Source of the DNA: Neodothiora populina
Taxonomy: Eukaryota
Direction: 5' to 3'
Length of the DNA stretch: 64,000 nucleotides
Assembly (NCBI RefSeq): GCF_041146345.1
Contig: NW_027191405.1
Coordinates: 186,001-250,000 of the forward strand
Part shown: positions 49,555-61,404 of the stretch, piece by piece
Position numbering within the stretch: position 1 is the first letter of the stretch
Layout of the letters: each line of letters opens with the position of its first letter
Notes under the pieces: model-generated
Database searches by the model: none
What the model was told of the DNA's origin: nothing
What the model saw: only the letters and a program-made list of their open reading frames with translations
Translations under genes and position numbers: made by a program

Positions 49555-52509
49555 CTATCCCTGCATGACAAGCCCCAGCGCGGCCTTGGCGTCATCGCTC
49601 AACTTCTCCTGCACAAATTGCGCCACACGACCTCCCGTCCTGCCATCTGCATCTCTCAGATACGCACCCACCCAGGCCTTGACATCCTGGACCTCAGGGA
49701 AGGGATCCCGAGGCAGCAGCTTGCAGGTATTAAGCGGGGTGAAGCCGACTCCGAAACCCACGTCTTCGACGTCTCGGTCTTCGATCAGGAAGGCCTCGGC
49801 TGCGTCCGATGAGGGAGGCAGGGGCGGGTTGATGAGGAGCTTGAGCAGGGCTTCGCAGGTAATGCTCCAGCCGCCCTTGTTGAAGCGGGTCACGAAGGCG
49901 TCCGAGTTTGCGAGCGTGTGCGTCAGCGACACGACTGCTGTCTTGCGATCGTATGGCCTCGTCAACTTTTGTGTGTCTGGGATGATGATTGTGAGGTAGA
50001 CTGGTTTGAACACGCTAGACAAAAAGTCAGTACATTGTGGGTTGACGACATAGCAAAGCAAGACTTACTCGTGCTGGATCTTGTCACACAGAGTGACGAA
50101 CAGTTCAGTGCCCAGACCCTTGTCGTCGCGAGCAGAGAAGAAGTGGTAGAAGCGCACGAAGCGCATGGCGAAGTTCTCTGTGCGTGAGTTATTGAGGCGA
50201 GTGAAGAGGAGCGACAGGATAGTCACAAAGAAAGGCTCGAGCACATTGGTCGGGAAGCTGGCGCAAATGCATTCCAACAGGTCAAAGCCGTGGGACTCGT
50301 TGGCCTTGGAAGAAATCAACTTTTGGAAAATGACAAGGATGGGCTCGACCTGGTTGTTTGCGACAATCTGAGTGGCGGCGCGGGGGATCATCGACGTCAA
50401 CAGACGAGCGAGAGCAGGCACATTTCCCCTCGAGTTGTAGAGATCCAGGCTCAGGGTAGCGCTGAAGAGCGACTGGTAGTAATCCGGCAATGTACCGGTG
50501 GGGTTTGCCTCGAGAAGGGCGGCAAAGATCTGGAAGACGTAGGGCTGGAACTCTTGGACGTCGTCGGCCAAAATCTCGGCAAAGGGATCGAAAATGGCAG
50601 TCTCGAGCTTCTGTGCTTGTGTGGGCGCACCGAAACGCACGACGGCACCGAGCGACTCGAAATGATAGTAGTAAAATCTCGGGTTGCTGGGGTTGTGTCG
50701 GATGACTTTGGTGATGTTGACAAGATTCGTCAGAACCAGGTCGAAGATGGACAGCACGCCGTCTCTTATGACGATGAGAACTCTCATCACACACTTCATC
50801 AGGAACTCGTTCTCCTGAATCTTCTCGGGCTTGCTGTCCTTGGTCATGAGCAGGAAAAGATGCTGCAGCAGATCCTTGGCCAGGGGCTGCACGGACTCTC
50901 GTGGAATGAAGAGCTGCTTGTTGTCGTCGGTCAGGTACAAGACTCTCTCGACAGCAATGGCGGCGTATGAGTGGACGACAAAGTTGGAGTCGCCGAGGCA
51001 CTGCACAAGCAAGGGGAAGGCAGCCTGCCATTGCGCCTGGGTGAGCTGACTGCGGAAGGTGTAGAGGTACTTGATGGCGCCGACTTTGAGGATGGCCTCG
51101 GCGTCGGTCTCGGTCAGGTCAGAGGCGACGTTCTTCTGGAAGAAATCAATGACATCAACGAAAGAGTTGGTCGACTGGACGCCGCGCGCAGCAGTGGCGG
51201 TGCCCTTTGCGGCAATGGCAGAAAAGAGATAGACGGCCGTGTCCTTTGATTTCCAATTCTCCGACTTGTTCTTCTGATAGTCGGCCAGGTAGTGCTGCAC
51301 GTACCGAGACACGACGTCGGTGACAAGCTTCTCGAACTGCTCCATGAGTTGGCGCAAGAAGTCTGTGGCCGCTCTTCTCCTCGTGTCGCTGTCTGATCCT
51401 TCCAAATCTCTTCTGATGAACTCGATGGGCTCGTCTTCGAACAACTCGACGTCGGACTCGCGCATGGAGAGGTTGGGCAAGATGACCTGCTCGACGACCT
51501 TGCCGAGGATTGCGTCGTTGTTGAAGCTCTGGGCGTATTGGGTGATTTTGGTGACAGAAGTCAAAAACTGCAGCGCCTTGCTGACGAGCACATCGTACTT
51601 GGTCTCGGATCCGATGGTGGTGAGCAGAGTCCAGGAGCTCTCGACGAACTGGCCGAGGTGGGGTCCAAAGGCATCCTCGTACTTTTGCACGTACAGGACC
51701 AATGCCTCGAAGATCCCAGCCTTGACGTATTCCAGCGGACCTGCCTCGGCCTCGTCGTCGGAGTGAAGCAGAGGGTTGTCGTAGGTCAGGTATCTGAGCA
51801 AGAGAGCGCTGATGCTGGCCAGGTTCTCCTCGAAGACGGGTGGCAAGTCCTGACACGAAAGGTCGTAGAAGAGCTTGATGGCGAGGTTCAGGGTGGAGAA
51901 GTGCTGCTGCAAGATGTTCTTGTCCGACTGGTTCTGACTGATGACAAGGTCCGTGTTTTGCAGAAGTTGGAGGAAAGGGGAGCAGAACTTTGACAGCACG
52001 TGGTTGATCTCGGTGAAGAGAGCGTCTGATCGGAAAAGAGGACGCCATCTGCGGAAGATGGAGTGTGCCACCTGTAAGACGCCGTTGTTCACCTGTGCAT
52101 TGTCGGGGGTGAGTCGTGAGACAAGATCATCAACCAGGGTGTCCCATCTCTGCCAAAAGTCACTGTCTGCGATTGCGCTGATGGCCTCGCCGAGCTGAGT
52201 CTGCATCGAAGGAGGCACGGAGATCATGAGGCCGATGAGCTCGCGCTTGATGGCGACTACCTCGTCGGCGGGCAGCCTGTAATTGCCATCCTCGTCGGTC
52301 CAGTTGCGTTTGATGAAGTTTTTGAAGAAGAGGGCGCTCGCCAGACGGGTCGTCTGTGGATATGAGTCTGCGGCGACGATCTGTAGCAGAGCGAGAGAGA
52401 AGGCAGGCTTGCTCTCTTCTGCTTTGATCGCCTGTTCGGCCTGCTTGCTCTGACGGGCATCGAGGGTCGCATTGAGAAGCTGTGCAACAGCAGCCAGATC
52501 TACGGACAT
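49555..52509 (-). CDS. CSE1: Exportin-2 / importin-alpha re-exporter Cse1
   Basis: IBN_N-like RLASALFFKNFIKRNW, WRPLFRSDALFTEI, FEDEPIEFIRRDLEGSD.DTRRRAA, ENEFLMKC and NPSNPRFYYYHFES. One intron, 50068-50015. Confidence 0.97.
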
Positions 52510-53385
52510 GGCGAAAGTGGCAGGAACGAAGAATATCCAGAAGAAGCGCGGAAAGGAGTGAATAAATGTAGACGCAGACGTGGTCAGCTGCCCTCGAGAG
52601 TGTTCGCCGGGTGAGGGGTGATTGTTGGGGATGAGAAATATGAGGAAATGGATGGTAGAGATCCAGTGCACAGTGGCAGTAAACAATGATGGAATTCTTG
52701 TTCGCAAACCTATCGGAGCTTAGCAGCTGAAAAGCCAAGAATCGAAGGGGAATCGGAAGAGGAAATGAATCATGGAATCACTGGATTTATTGATTTCATT
52801 AGTCGTTGATCATCAATTAGCCCCGGCATTTGCTGCACACCTGTACATTGCAGCATTTGTTTCTGCCTGAATTGCCTGGACCTGGCCTGGATGGACAGGT
52901 GTACAGTACAGTCCGTGCGGGAAGACATGTCGGCGTTTGTGTCTCTCTTAACGCCGACCAAGGGACGTTCGAGGGCGTTTCGGTTGCCTCGATCGGATTT
53001 GGCTGATATCAAGTCGTCCAAGGTGCAGTCTCGAGGCTGCAAAGCAGGAGACGGGATTGTGGCGACGGCATACACTGACAAGACAGCAGCTGTAGAAAGG
53101 AAGAGAAGACAGGGTGGCATCCTAACCCGAAGGCGAACCATCTGATCGCCCCCTTCCATCGTCGCCTTGACTTGGCACTGGCCCATCTATCTGTTATTAT
53201 TGTACATACCCTACGACCACTCGAACACCATCAACCTATTGCACCTTCCACATTCTCTGCACTTGCCTTGGTTGGATTACCTCTTTCCTCGACATTCACA
53301 CGCCACCGATGCGTCGCCCTTGGCATAGTGATCTCGCATATCATCAGCATCGGCCTGCTCATCCTCAGTGATCATCGTCGTCGCC

Positions 53386-56300
53386 ATGGCGGCGCCCATC
53401 GACTATGCCCGCCTGCGCGAGCAGACAATGGGCTCCGGCCTCGACGAGGAAGCCGTCACAGTAAACACCCGCGCCCTCATCGACAAGGTGCTGGCGAGAT
53501 ACTCTGGAGAGTGGACGACGCTGCGTGAACTGATCCAGAATGCTGCAGACGCCTCTGCTAAGAAAGTCGTCATCAAGTTCGAGACTCTCCCCTCGCCCAC
53601 CATACCCGTGCCTTCGACTGCCGACCCATCAGCACAGCTGAGACATGTCTTGCTGAGCCACACGCTGTCGAGACTGCTGGTGTCCAACGATGGAGAGGCG
53701 TTTGGCGAGAACGATTGGTCGAGATTAAAGAGAATCGCAGAGGGTAACCCAGACGAGACCAAGATTGGTGCTTTTGGTGTTGGCTTCTACTCGGTCTTTG
53801 CCGACTGCGAGAATCCCTTTGTCGGCTCTGGCGACCAGACCATGGCCTTCTACTGGAAAGGCAATAGTCTGTTCACGCGGAGGGGCCGTTTGCCTCAAGG
53901 CACCAGCACCGGCGAGACCTGCTTTGTCCTGGACTACCGCAACACCACCTCTCCCGTGCCCAATCTTCTGTCCATCTGTCGGTTCCTCAGCACTTCTCTC
54001 ACCTTCGTCGGTCTGGAGAAGATTGAACTTTGGCTGGACCAATGGAACCTGGCCACTCTGCACAAGACCATGGCCCCCTCTGCCAACGTCGACATCCCTT
54101 CGGACATCAACCCCAAGACAAAGGCTGGCCTGATGAAGATTGTCGGGGTTGACTATCAGAATGCACAAATCCACGCCTCCTGGATGAATGTCATAGGCTG
54201 GACCCGTGTCGCCGACCACGCCCAGTCCCTCCAGCAAGCTGCCGACGCCGCTCCGCCCACTCAGTCCCTCCGCAGCTTCTTCAGTCGCCTCACTGGAAGC
54301 ACAAATGCCACCGGCGCCGCTGCGAAGACGGCCGCCCGAGCCGAGGAAGCCGCTCAGCGCGCCATCGCCGAAGACCTCGCCGGCACGAGTGAGGCCACTG
54401 TCTTCCTGCGCATCAGCACTGTCAATTTGCAGACTTACTGCAGCAAGACTCTGGCTGCCGAGCTCGAACGTGCCACCAAGAAGCCTCCTCCGAAACACAC
54501 CAAGATCGCAATCTTGACCTCGTCCTATCATGAGACTTCCCAGACCACCGTTTCTGGATCCGGCTCGTCCAAGGCTGGGGATATCTTCGCCTCTGTTCTG
54601 CCCACCAAGAATGGCCGCATCTTCATCGGCTTCCCCACCGCCCAGACAAGCGGCTTGTTGGCCCACATTTCTGCCCCCTCGGTCATTCCCACTGTCGAAA
54701 GAGAGAACATTGACCTGAATGCGCGTTGGGTCCGCGACTGGAACGTTGAGATGCTTCGTGTCGCTGGCATAGCATGTCGCGTCGCTTACAACGGGGAGAT
54801 GCTCGAGCTCAAGGCCAGTCTCGAGCGACAGATGACCAAGTCTGGCACCAAGAAAGTCACAAAGCAAGATCTGGCCACCATCTTGCCTGCTGCTGTCCAT
54901 ACCTTCAAGCAGTACACATACCAGGAATCCACCCCTTCTCCACAGGTCGGTCAGATCGTCGAGGAAGCCTTCTGGACCTGTAACCAGAAGGCCTCTGTCA
55001 CCATTGTCTCGACGCGCGGCGTACTGCCCAGCAACGAGGTGCGCATCGCCAGCGAAGAGCTGAGCTTTGTCGATGGCATCCCCGTCGTGCCCGACGAGAT
55101 TGTCGACGGCAACGCTCTATTCCTCAACAAGCTGAAAGATTTTGGATTACTATCTGATATCACCACACAAGACATCAAAAAGGAGCTCGAGGCTAGAGCT
55201 TTGGACGAGGCACAACTTTCCGAATTACTCAAATGGGCTGCACGCAAATTGGCCAACGAGTCGCTGGACGTCTCTGCCATATCAACCATGTTTGACGGCA
55301 CTGTAGCCACAGTCGACCAGCAGGAGAACAAGACCTACCCGAGTCCTGTTCTTCTGTTGGGCGCTATTGATGCTTTCCCCAATGTCACGAAGATCCCTAT
55401 CGATCTGCCCGTGCCACCCACCACCATCCCATTCCGTTTCATCAAAGGCATACCCAAAAATCAACTGGAGGCATTCGGTTGGACGGAATTGCAGATAGTC
55501 CCCTGGCTACGCTACCTCCTCGAAAAAGACGGTTCTGGACTGCCGTCCGAACAGAGCTTCACCACGTCGGTACCCTTCGCACTCCAAGTCTTGCCTGTCC
55601 TGTCCAAGGGCTGGGACGCACTTAGTCAACCGTCCAAGAACACCGTCAGCGAAATGCTCTCTACTCGCACAGTCATCCCGACCAAGTTGGGTCTGCGCAA
55701 GCCCAGTCAGGCCTACTTCTCTTCGGTCAAGCTCTTCGACGACCTACCTACGGTCCAGGGCCTTCAAGGTGTCAAGGAGAAATTCCTCGGTGCTATTGGT
55801 GTGCGCAAGACCGTGGAGCTTTCTGTCGTCTTCGAGCGTCTGATGGCCAAATCCACAAATGAAAATGGTGTGGCGGAAAGCAAATGGAGTCACGTCGATC
55901 TGATCAAATATCTGGTGTCTGTTCGGGAAGACATTCCGGTCGAGGACATGAGCAAACTACAGAAGACCCCAGTCTGTCCTGTGGAGAAGCCTGGCGAGGT
56001 AGGCAAGCCGAACGGCGGCAAGTTGTTCAGGATCAACGAGCTATACGAGCCCAACCAGAGCATGCGTGATCTCCAACTGCCCTTGCTGCATTGGCCAGAG
56101 CCTCTGCGCAAGAGCAGCCCGGAGCACAGGTTCCTCATTCTGCTTGGGCTCAGGACCTACCCAGAGGTCATCGACATGGTCGCCATAATGGCCAAAGCCG
56201 CCACCAATGGTGACGCAAAGATGTACGACATGGCTTTACGATACTACATCACAAATTTCCACACAAACGGCTACCGGCGCTTCCCAATGGGAAGCGTGTC

Positions 56301-58776
56301 GACCCCCTTTCTGCCCATTCAGGGACAGCCGCTCACCAAGCTGGCTCTACCAATCGAGTGCTTCGCCAACAAGCGCGCCGCCATCCTGGGTTTCAACATC
56401 CTCCGCGAGGATCTTCGCGATGATGCTCACCTCTTCGGCGTAGAGGCAGACCCAGCCATCATCGTTTGTGCCGATCGCCTGATTCGCAACCCTCCAAAAA
56501 CAAAGGCTGAAGCCAAGGACATGTTTGGCTATTTCGCTGGCAGACTTGGTGAGATTGGTGCCTCGGGCCATCTCGCCGAAAAGCTTGGGGAGTCGCGAAT
56601 AGTGCCTGTCCTCAAACGGTCGCCTGGTGACACTGTCGACAAGTCTGATAAGGTACGTCTTGTGACACCCCGCTCGTGTTTCTTGGGCGACAGCAATGCA
56701 TACGGTGACATCTTTGATTTTGTGGACTTTGGTTCCGAGGCGAACTCTTTCCTCTTAAAGATTGGCTCAAAGCACGAACCGAGCGCGACCGAATTAGCAG
56801 GCATGCTCATGCGCGAGCCTGGTCGTCTTCTCAATGCACTCGGCTTCGAGAAGTATTCTAGCCTTCTTCGCAGGATTGCCGACAACATACCTGCCCTTAA
56901 GGCGGACAAGACTCTCTGGGCTGGTCTGCAAAAGTCGGCCTGCTTGCTTGCAGTCAAGGAGATATCTGCGCCGACGAACGGAAAAGCTGCTGCAGCTGAT
57001 GACGAGTACAACGAGTACGACGAGGATGCATCCATCAAAGAGTACCACCTCATGACACCTGCTGACATAATCATCGTCGATGACTACACGAGTTTCCGAC
57101 TGTTCAGAGACAAGCTTACCTATGCGCCGCAAGAGGAAGCTCTGGAGAAGTTCTACGTATCTCTTGGTGCTCCTTATCTGAGCCAGGTCGTCGAAGACGA
57201 TCAGCGCATGGGGCCACTTCTGCCTGATCAATCTGGGGCCAAATCATTGCAGCGCCTTCTGAACGAACGTTGTCGCTTGTTCTTGCACGATCATGCGCCA
57301 GAGGCGATCCGTCACGATGCCAAATGGCTGGAGAAGACATTGGTCATCAGAATGACGAGCTTCCTCACGCTCAAGAAAACCCTTAGACATGGATACAACC
57401 TTGTGCATAATGAGAAGAGGACAGCAGCTTTGCATCGGGAGACGAAGAGAGATGCGACCCTGTATATTACTCAGAGCCCAGACATGTACGAGATCTCTCG
57501 CGCCATCATGACCCTTCTCATCAAACGGCCAAAGCAACAAGACTTCCTCGCCTTGGAGATGATCATGGAGAGTAATCTCCGCCGACTCAAGGCTAAAGGC
57601 TATAACGTAGACCGTATCCTTCGACAAAAGGCCGCCGAGTCTCGTGTGGCCGAGAGCGAGCGATTGAAGGAGCTCGAGGAGCAGCAGAAGCGCGCCGCAG
57701 AAGAAGAGCGGGCTCTTCAGGCCCAACAGGGCTCTCTGTACCCGCAGCTGTCACAGCAGAACGGCTTGGCGCAGATTCCCAATCGACCTATACAGACCCC
57801 TGACCGCACTCGAGCTATACCTGGCGCGTTCGAGACATCTCCAGAGTCTGTGCCTACAAGTGCACAGGAAAAGAGGAAGACTGGATTCTTCAGTCAATTC
57901 AAGGAGACTCTTGGTTTGAACATGGTGTCAGACGCCCAAAAGCATATCAAAGGCCTTGAGCGCAATCGTGACAATTACTACAAGGCTCAGGAACAATTCA
58001 TCGAAGATGAACGCAAGGCGACCGAGGAGGCAGGCGGCCGTCCACCACCTTATACACACCAAGATGCCACCCTGCCGCCACCACCTCCTCACCCGGATCA
58101 TGTTGAGCAAGTGACACCTGCTCCGGTGCTATCTCAGAATCTCCGAAGTGCGGCACAAGCCAGTCGAGCATACGACAGTACTACACTGTTCGATCAACCC
58201 ACGACTCGTGAGATCAAGGAGACGCCGACTTACTGCGATACAACCCCTGCGACGAACCTCAGGCTTTGGGCCGAGTCGAGCGCCGGCGTCAAAGTCTATC
58301 TCGACGATTCTATAGCCACAGTCGAACGCGATGCCTTGGTCAATGCTCACAAATCCGCCATCAATGTATTTGCCTATCTGCTACTAGACATAAGCAGCAT
58401 CTACGATCTCCGCCCTCAGTCCCTGCATATCTTCTACAATACCTCCGGCTCCTCCATCGCCTTCAACAAAGGCGGCGCCATCTTCTGCAATCTCCGCTAC
58501 TTTCTGCAGCTACACATGCCCAACTGGAATGACCACAGAGACGATGCGAAAGGAAAATGCGCCGCTTTGGTCTATTGGTTCGTTACCGTCGCTCATGAAT
58601 TGGCACATAATATCGAACAGACGCATAATTCAGCGCACGGGTTCTACACGGAGAGCTTCATTGGAGAATTTTGGTTCGAAGTCTCCAAGAAGTGTGGGAT
58701 TTGGGTCCAGGAGGCGAGGGAGGCAGCTGCAAGTGCAGCAGGGCAGCAGCAAGGCCAGAGGTCTCTGATGGATTGA
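53386..58776 (+). CDS. Large GHKL (HATPase_c / sacsin-like) ATPase with DUF3684-like middle region and C-terminal HEXXH motif
   Basis: Intronless ORF of about 1,796 aa. RELIQNAADA, VSNDG, IAEGNPDETKIGAFGVGFYSVF (GHKL motifs); C-terminal IAFN..IFCNLRYF..WFVTVAHELAHN..H. Confidence 0.88.
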   Translation: MAAPIDYARLREQTMGSGLDEEAVTVNTRALIDKVLARYSGEWTTLRELIQNAADASAKKVVIKFETLPSPTIPVPSTADPSAQLRHVLLSHTLSRLLVSNDGEAFGENDWSRLKRIAEGNPDETKIGAFGVGFYSVFADCENPFVGSGDQTMAFYWKGNSLFTRRGRLPQGTSTGETCFVLDYRNTTSPVPNLLSICRFLSTSLTFVGLEKIELWLDQWNLATLHKTMAPSANVDIPSDINPKTKAGLMKIVGVDYQNAQIHASWMNVIGWTRVADHAQSLQQAADAAPPTQSLRSFFSRLTGSTNATGAAAKTAARAEEAAQRAIAEDLAGTSEATVFLRISTVNLQTYCSKTLAAELERATKKPPPKHTKIAILTSSYHETSQTTVSGSGSSKAGDIFASVLPTKNGRIFIGFPTAQTSGLLAHISAPSVIPTVERENIDLNARWVRDWNVEMLRVAGIACRVAYNGEMLELKASLERQMTKSGTKKVTKQDLATILPAAVHTFKQYTYQESTPSPQVGQIVEEAFWTCNQKASVTIVSTRGVLPSNEVRIASEELSFVDGIPVVPDEIVDGNALFLNKLKDFGLLSDITTQDIKKELEARALDEAQLSELLKWAARKLANESLDVSAISTMFDGTVATVDQQENKTYPSPVLLLGAIDAFPNVTKIPIDLPVPPTTIPFRFIKGIPKNQLEAFGWTELQIVPWLRYLLEKDGSGLPSEQSFTTSVPFALQVLPVLSKGWDALSQPSKNTVSEMLSTRTVIPTKLGLRKPSQAYFSSVKLFDDLPTVQGLQGVKEKFLGAIGVRKTVELSVVFERLMAKSTNENGVAESKWSHVDLIKYLVSVREDIPVEDMSKLQKTPVCPVEKPGEVGKPNGGKLFRINELYEPNQSMRDLQLPLLHWPEPLRKSSPEHRFLILLGLRTYPEVIDMVAIMAKAATNGDAKMYDMALRYYITNFHTNGYRRFPMGSVSTPFLPIQGQPLTKLALPIECFANKRAAILGFNILREDLRDDAHLFGVEADPAIIVCADRLIRNPPKTKAEAKDMFGYFAGRLGEIGASGHLAEKLGESRIVPVLKRSPGDTVDKSDKVRLVTPRSCFLGDSNAYGDIFDFVDFGSEANSFLLKIGSKHEPSATELAGMLMREPGRLLNALGFEKYSSLLRRIADNIPALKADKTLWAGLQKSACLLAVKEISAPTNGKAAAADDEYNEYDEDASIKEYHLMTPADIIIVDDYTSFRLFRDKLTYAPQEEALEKFYVSLGAPYLSQVVEDDQRMGPLLPDQSGAKSLQRLLNERCRLFLHDHAPEAIRHDAKWLEKTLVIRMTSFLTLKKTLRHGYNLVHNEKRTAALHRETKRDATLYITQSPDMYEISRAIMTLLIKRPKQQDFLALEMIMESNLRRLKAKGYNVDRILRQKAAESRVAESERLKELEEQQKRAAEEERALQAQQGSLYPQLSQQNGLAQIPNRPIQTPDRTRAIPGAFETSPESVPTSAQEKRKTGFFSQFKETLGLNMVSDAQKHIKGLERNRDNYYKAQEQFIEDERKATEEAGGRPPPYTHQDATLPPPPPHPDHVEQVTPAPVLSQNLRSAAQASRAYDSTTLFDQPTTREIKETPTYCDTTPATNLRLWAESSAGVKVYLDDSIATVERDALVNAHKSAINVFAYLLLDISSIYDLRPQSLHIFYNTSGSSIAFNKGGAIFCNLRYFLQLHMPNWNDHRDDAKGKCAALVYWFVTVAHELAHNIEQTHNSAHGFYTESFIGEFWFEVSKKCGIWVQEAREAAASAAGQQQGQRSLMD

Positions 58777-58885
58777 TAGCACTTTTTGGACTCTTGTGGA
58801 CTTGGTCATAGATGTTTCATACATTCGACCTAAGCGACGAGGAGACGCATATATACATACATCATGAGAAGACGTAATAGATACC

Positions 58886-58915
58886 TACGCACACGCGCGC
58901 GCATACATATACACA
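58886..58915. repeat. 30-nt perfectly alternating purine-pyrimidine tract
   Basis: TACGCACACGCGCGCGCATACATATACACA seen directly. Confidence 0.75.
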
Positions 58916-61404
58916 ACACGCATCTCGCACGAAAGCAAACTTATCCTTCGAAGCTAGCTGTTACACACGAGGGAGATCTTCATCATACCAGAGTGGTGCA
59001 TGAAAACCATTTATATAAATATGTACATTATTAACACTCCAGTCGTGCATACAGAAGAGGAGAACAAGCAAGCCCGTTCGAGACTGATCGATCGACTGAT
59101 CAGATCATGCCTTGGCCATATACACCACCTTGCTGTACAGCACACATGTTACGAACACAAAATGTCTCGGCACTGTCTCAGGTCTCATGTTAACATACGA
59201 CCACCACTATAAGATGGTTTTTTTGGTTTGACAACGGGTGTGAGGATATGGCTATAAACCCTGCAAGTTTGGCATGAATGCTTTTTGATTCTCGATGGAC
59301 TTGGGGGGGTCATTACCTCCGTAGATTGATACTCGTACAGTACCTCTGGAATTTTGTGGCTGTTACATGTTTGTACTTACTCCTTGGTCAGATCTGAAGG
59401 GTAATAGTAATCAAGGCGTGGACGGACATGGGAGCAGTTCAGCCTTCCAGTTGATTTCCTTGTCGCTTCTTCTGTCTTTCTTTCTCATTTGTCTTTTTCG
59501 TGCACGCAGACGCCGAGAACAAGAGCCGCGACTTTTTGCTTTGCTTGCCTATATGTCGTGGTCCCACTTTGCTTAGGAGCAAGTTTTTTTTTTTCTGATC
59601 CTTGTCTAGTTCCAGAGGAAAGGACCCATCAACTAAGGCAGACCTTCGAAACATCTTCGGCTGATGCAAAGTACTGCTGCTTGTACTGTCGAGGTTACTG
59701 GTCCTTTCCTTTTCTTTCATCTAAGTGCAGTAAACTCTGTTCATGTTGAGCCCCCCTTTTCTGTCCATTACTCTTGGAAGCGGCGCCTTGGCTGTTTGAA
59801 GAGCAAGGACGACGGGTTCTACTCCTTTTTTTGCTTCGCACATGACAGCCGACCTTGGGGTCAAACCGTTGTAAAGAGCGGAGTGAGGAGGAACAAGAAG
59901 AAAGCATACTCGAGTCGTTAAATAGGAGTCAGGATATGCAAAGGGAGAGAGACTTTTTGCGTGACACAAGACAACAAACAAGATCCGAGACATGTCATGC
60001 AAGCCATGTGGAAATCCCGTTCCGAAGCGGTGGCGCCGGCGGGCGACAGCCTGCAGCCGGGCTGTTTTTGAACTGCTTTGCAGGCAACACGCAGACAGAG
60101 GTACAAGTACCCCAGATCGGAAGTGGCTTTTCTTTACTCAGGAGCGCAGCCAATGAAAGAGCGGTGCCTGGAACGGATTTCGCTTACACCCGCTCGCTCT
60201 CTGAGTGCCTTTAGCCTTAAACAAAGACTCCCGCGGGTACTTGTACTATGTACACTTTTTCTGATGGCGCTTGTCGCAGATTTGATGCACTGTCAATCAT
60301 TACCCCAGTCCTGCTCAATCTTCCCAGGGAGCCAGACCAATGTCGTGATATTGATCGAGCAGGGTGTCAAATGACGCCGCGTTGCCATGAAGGTCGATGA
60401 ACGATTCTAGTGCAGGGATTAGATCGTGGCTTGCATTGCGTTCGATGAGCTCCGTGTGAGACGAGACATGCCATTCGGATTGGCAGAGCACGTATGAGCC
60501 AGTAATCATGGCAGGTATATCTTCGTATCGCCGCTCCGACAAGCGATGCTAAGTCAAAGATCGTGCATATGCGAAAACACCATCGTCTCGATAATGCTCG
60601 AACAACGACAACAACGTCTCTTACCCAACCAACCACAAGCGTCTCCTGACTCCTTTTCGGCAGTCGCACAACCGTCCGTGTTCGAGCCTGTCCGACCAGA
60701 CGCAAAGACGTATGCTGAGGAAGGAGGCGGTTTCACTAACGGCGCTAGTCCAAGCCAGCCGGGCCCCTGCACGCCCTGAATTCAGGTACCTGCGACTAGT
60801 TGCCGCATCCCCGGAAACACCTACTTGTGTCAAGAGCCATTGTGAGGTCCATAAAACTATCCCCCTTCTGCCTTCAATCACTGCGCTCTCCCTTTCTTTT
60901 CGCTTCACTCATCCGAACACTTTCTCCTCGCGGCTTCGTTCTGCATTTCACTCATTTCAAGTACGCTTAGGTCGTACGTGCCATGTGAGTAACTCTTTTT
61001 TCGTTCCTTCTTGTTACCCCAAGGGACGGCGCCGTTGCGCTCGTTATGTATATAAAAACGCTCCACGAGGCAGCCCAGCAACCATCGTTACTGCCCTGCC
61101 ACCGCATCCAAGCCTCCTCATAACGTCTATATAGGCGAAAAGAGAGAAAAAAAATGACGAAGGCTTTGTATTGGTTTTCGGTTTTCTTGTGGCTATATAA
61201 TGTGCTGTCGCCTTGCAACTTCTTCAATCATATCCAAGCAGCAGCATCAGCAGTAGAACTCAGCGGCAGGATCGCTAATGATTGGAATCAAAAACACAGT
61301 CCTTTGGAGAAGCTCTTTATTCTGGATCTGGAATCCCCGTCAATACACATCACAGAGCAACTTTCTCAAATCATCAACTCTCTCACAAATCTCAAAACTT
61401 CAAC

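Noticed and set aside
52510..52707. In-frame upstream extension of CSE1 from a TTG
   Set aside because: It reads as pyrimidine-rich 5' UTR, and the ATG at 52509 has good context and matches the expected Cse1 N-terminus.
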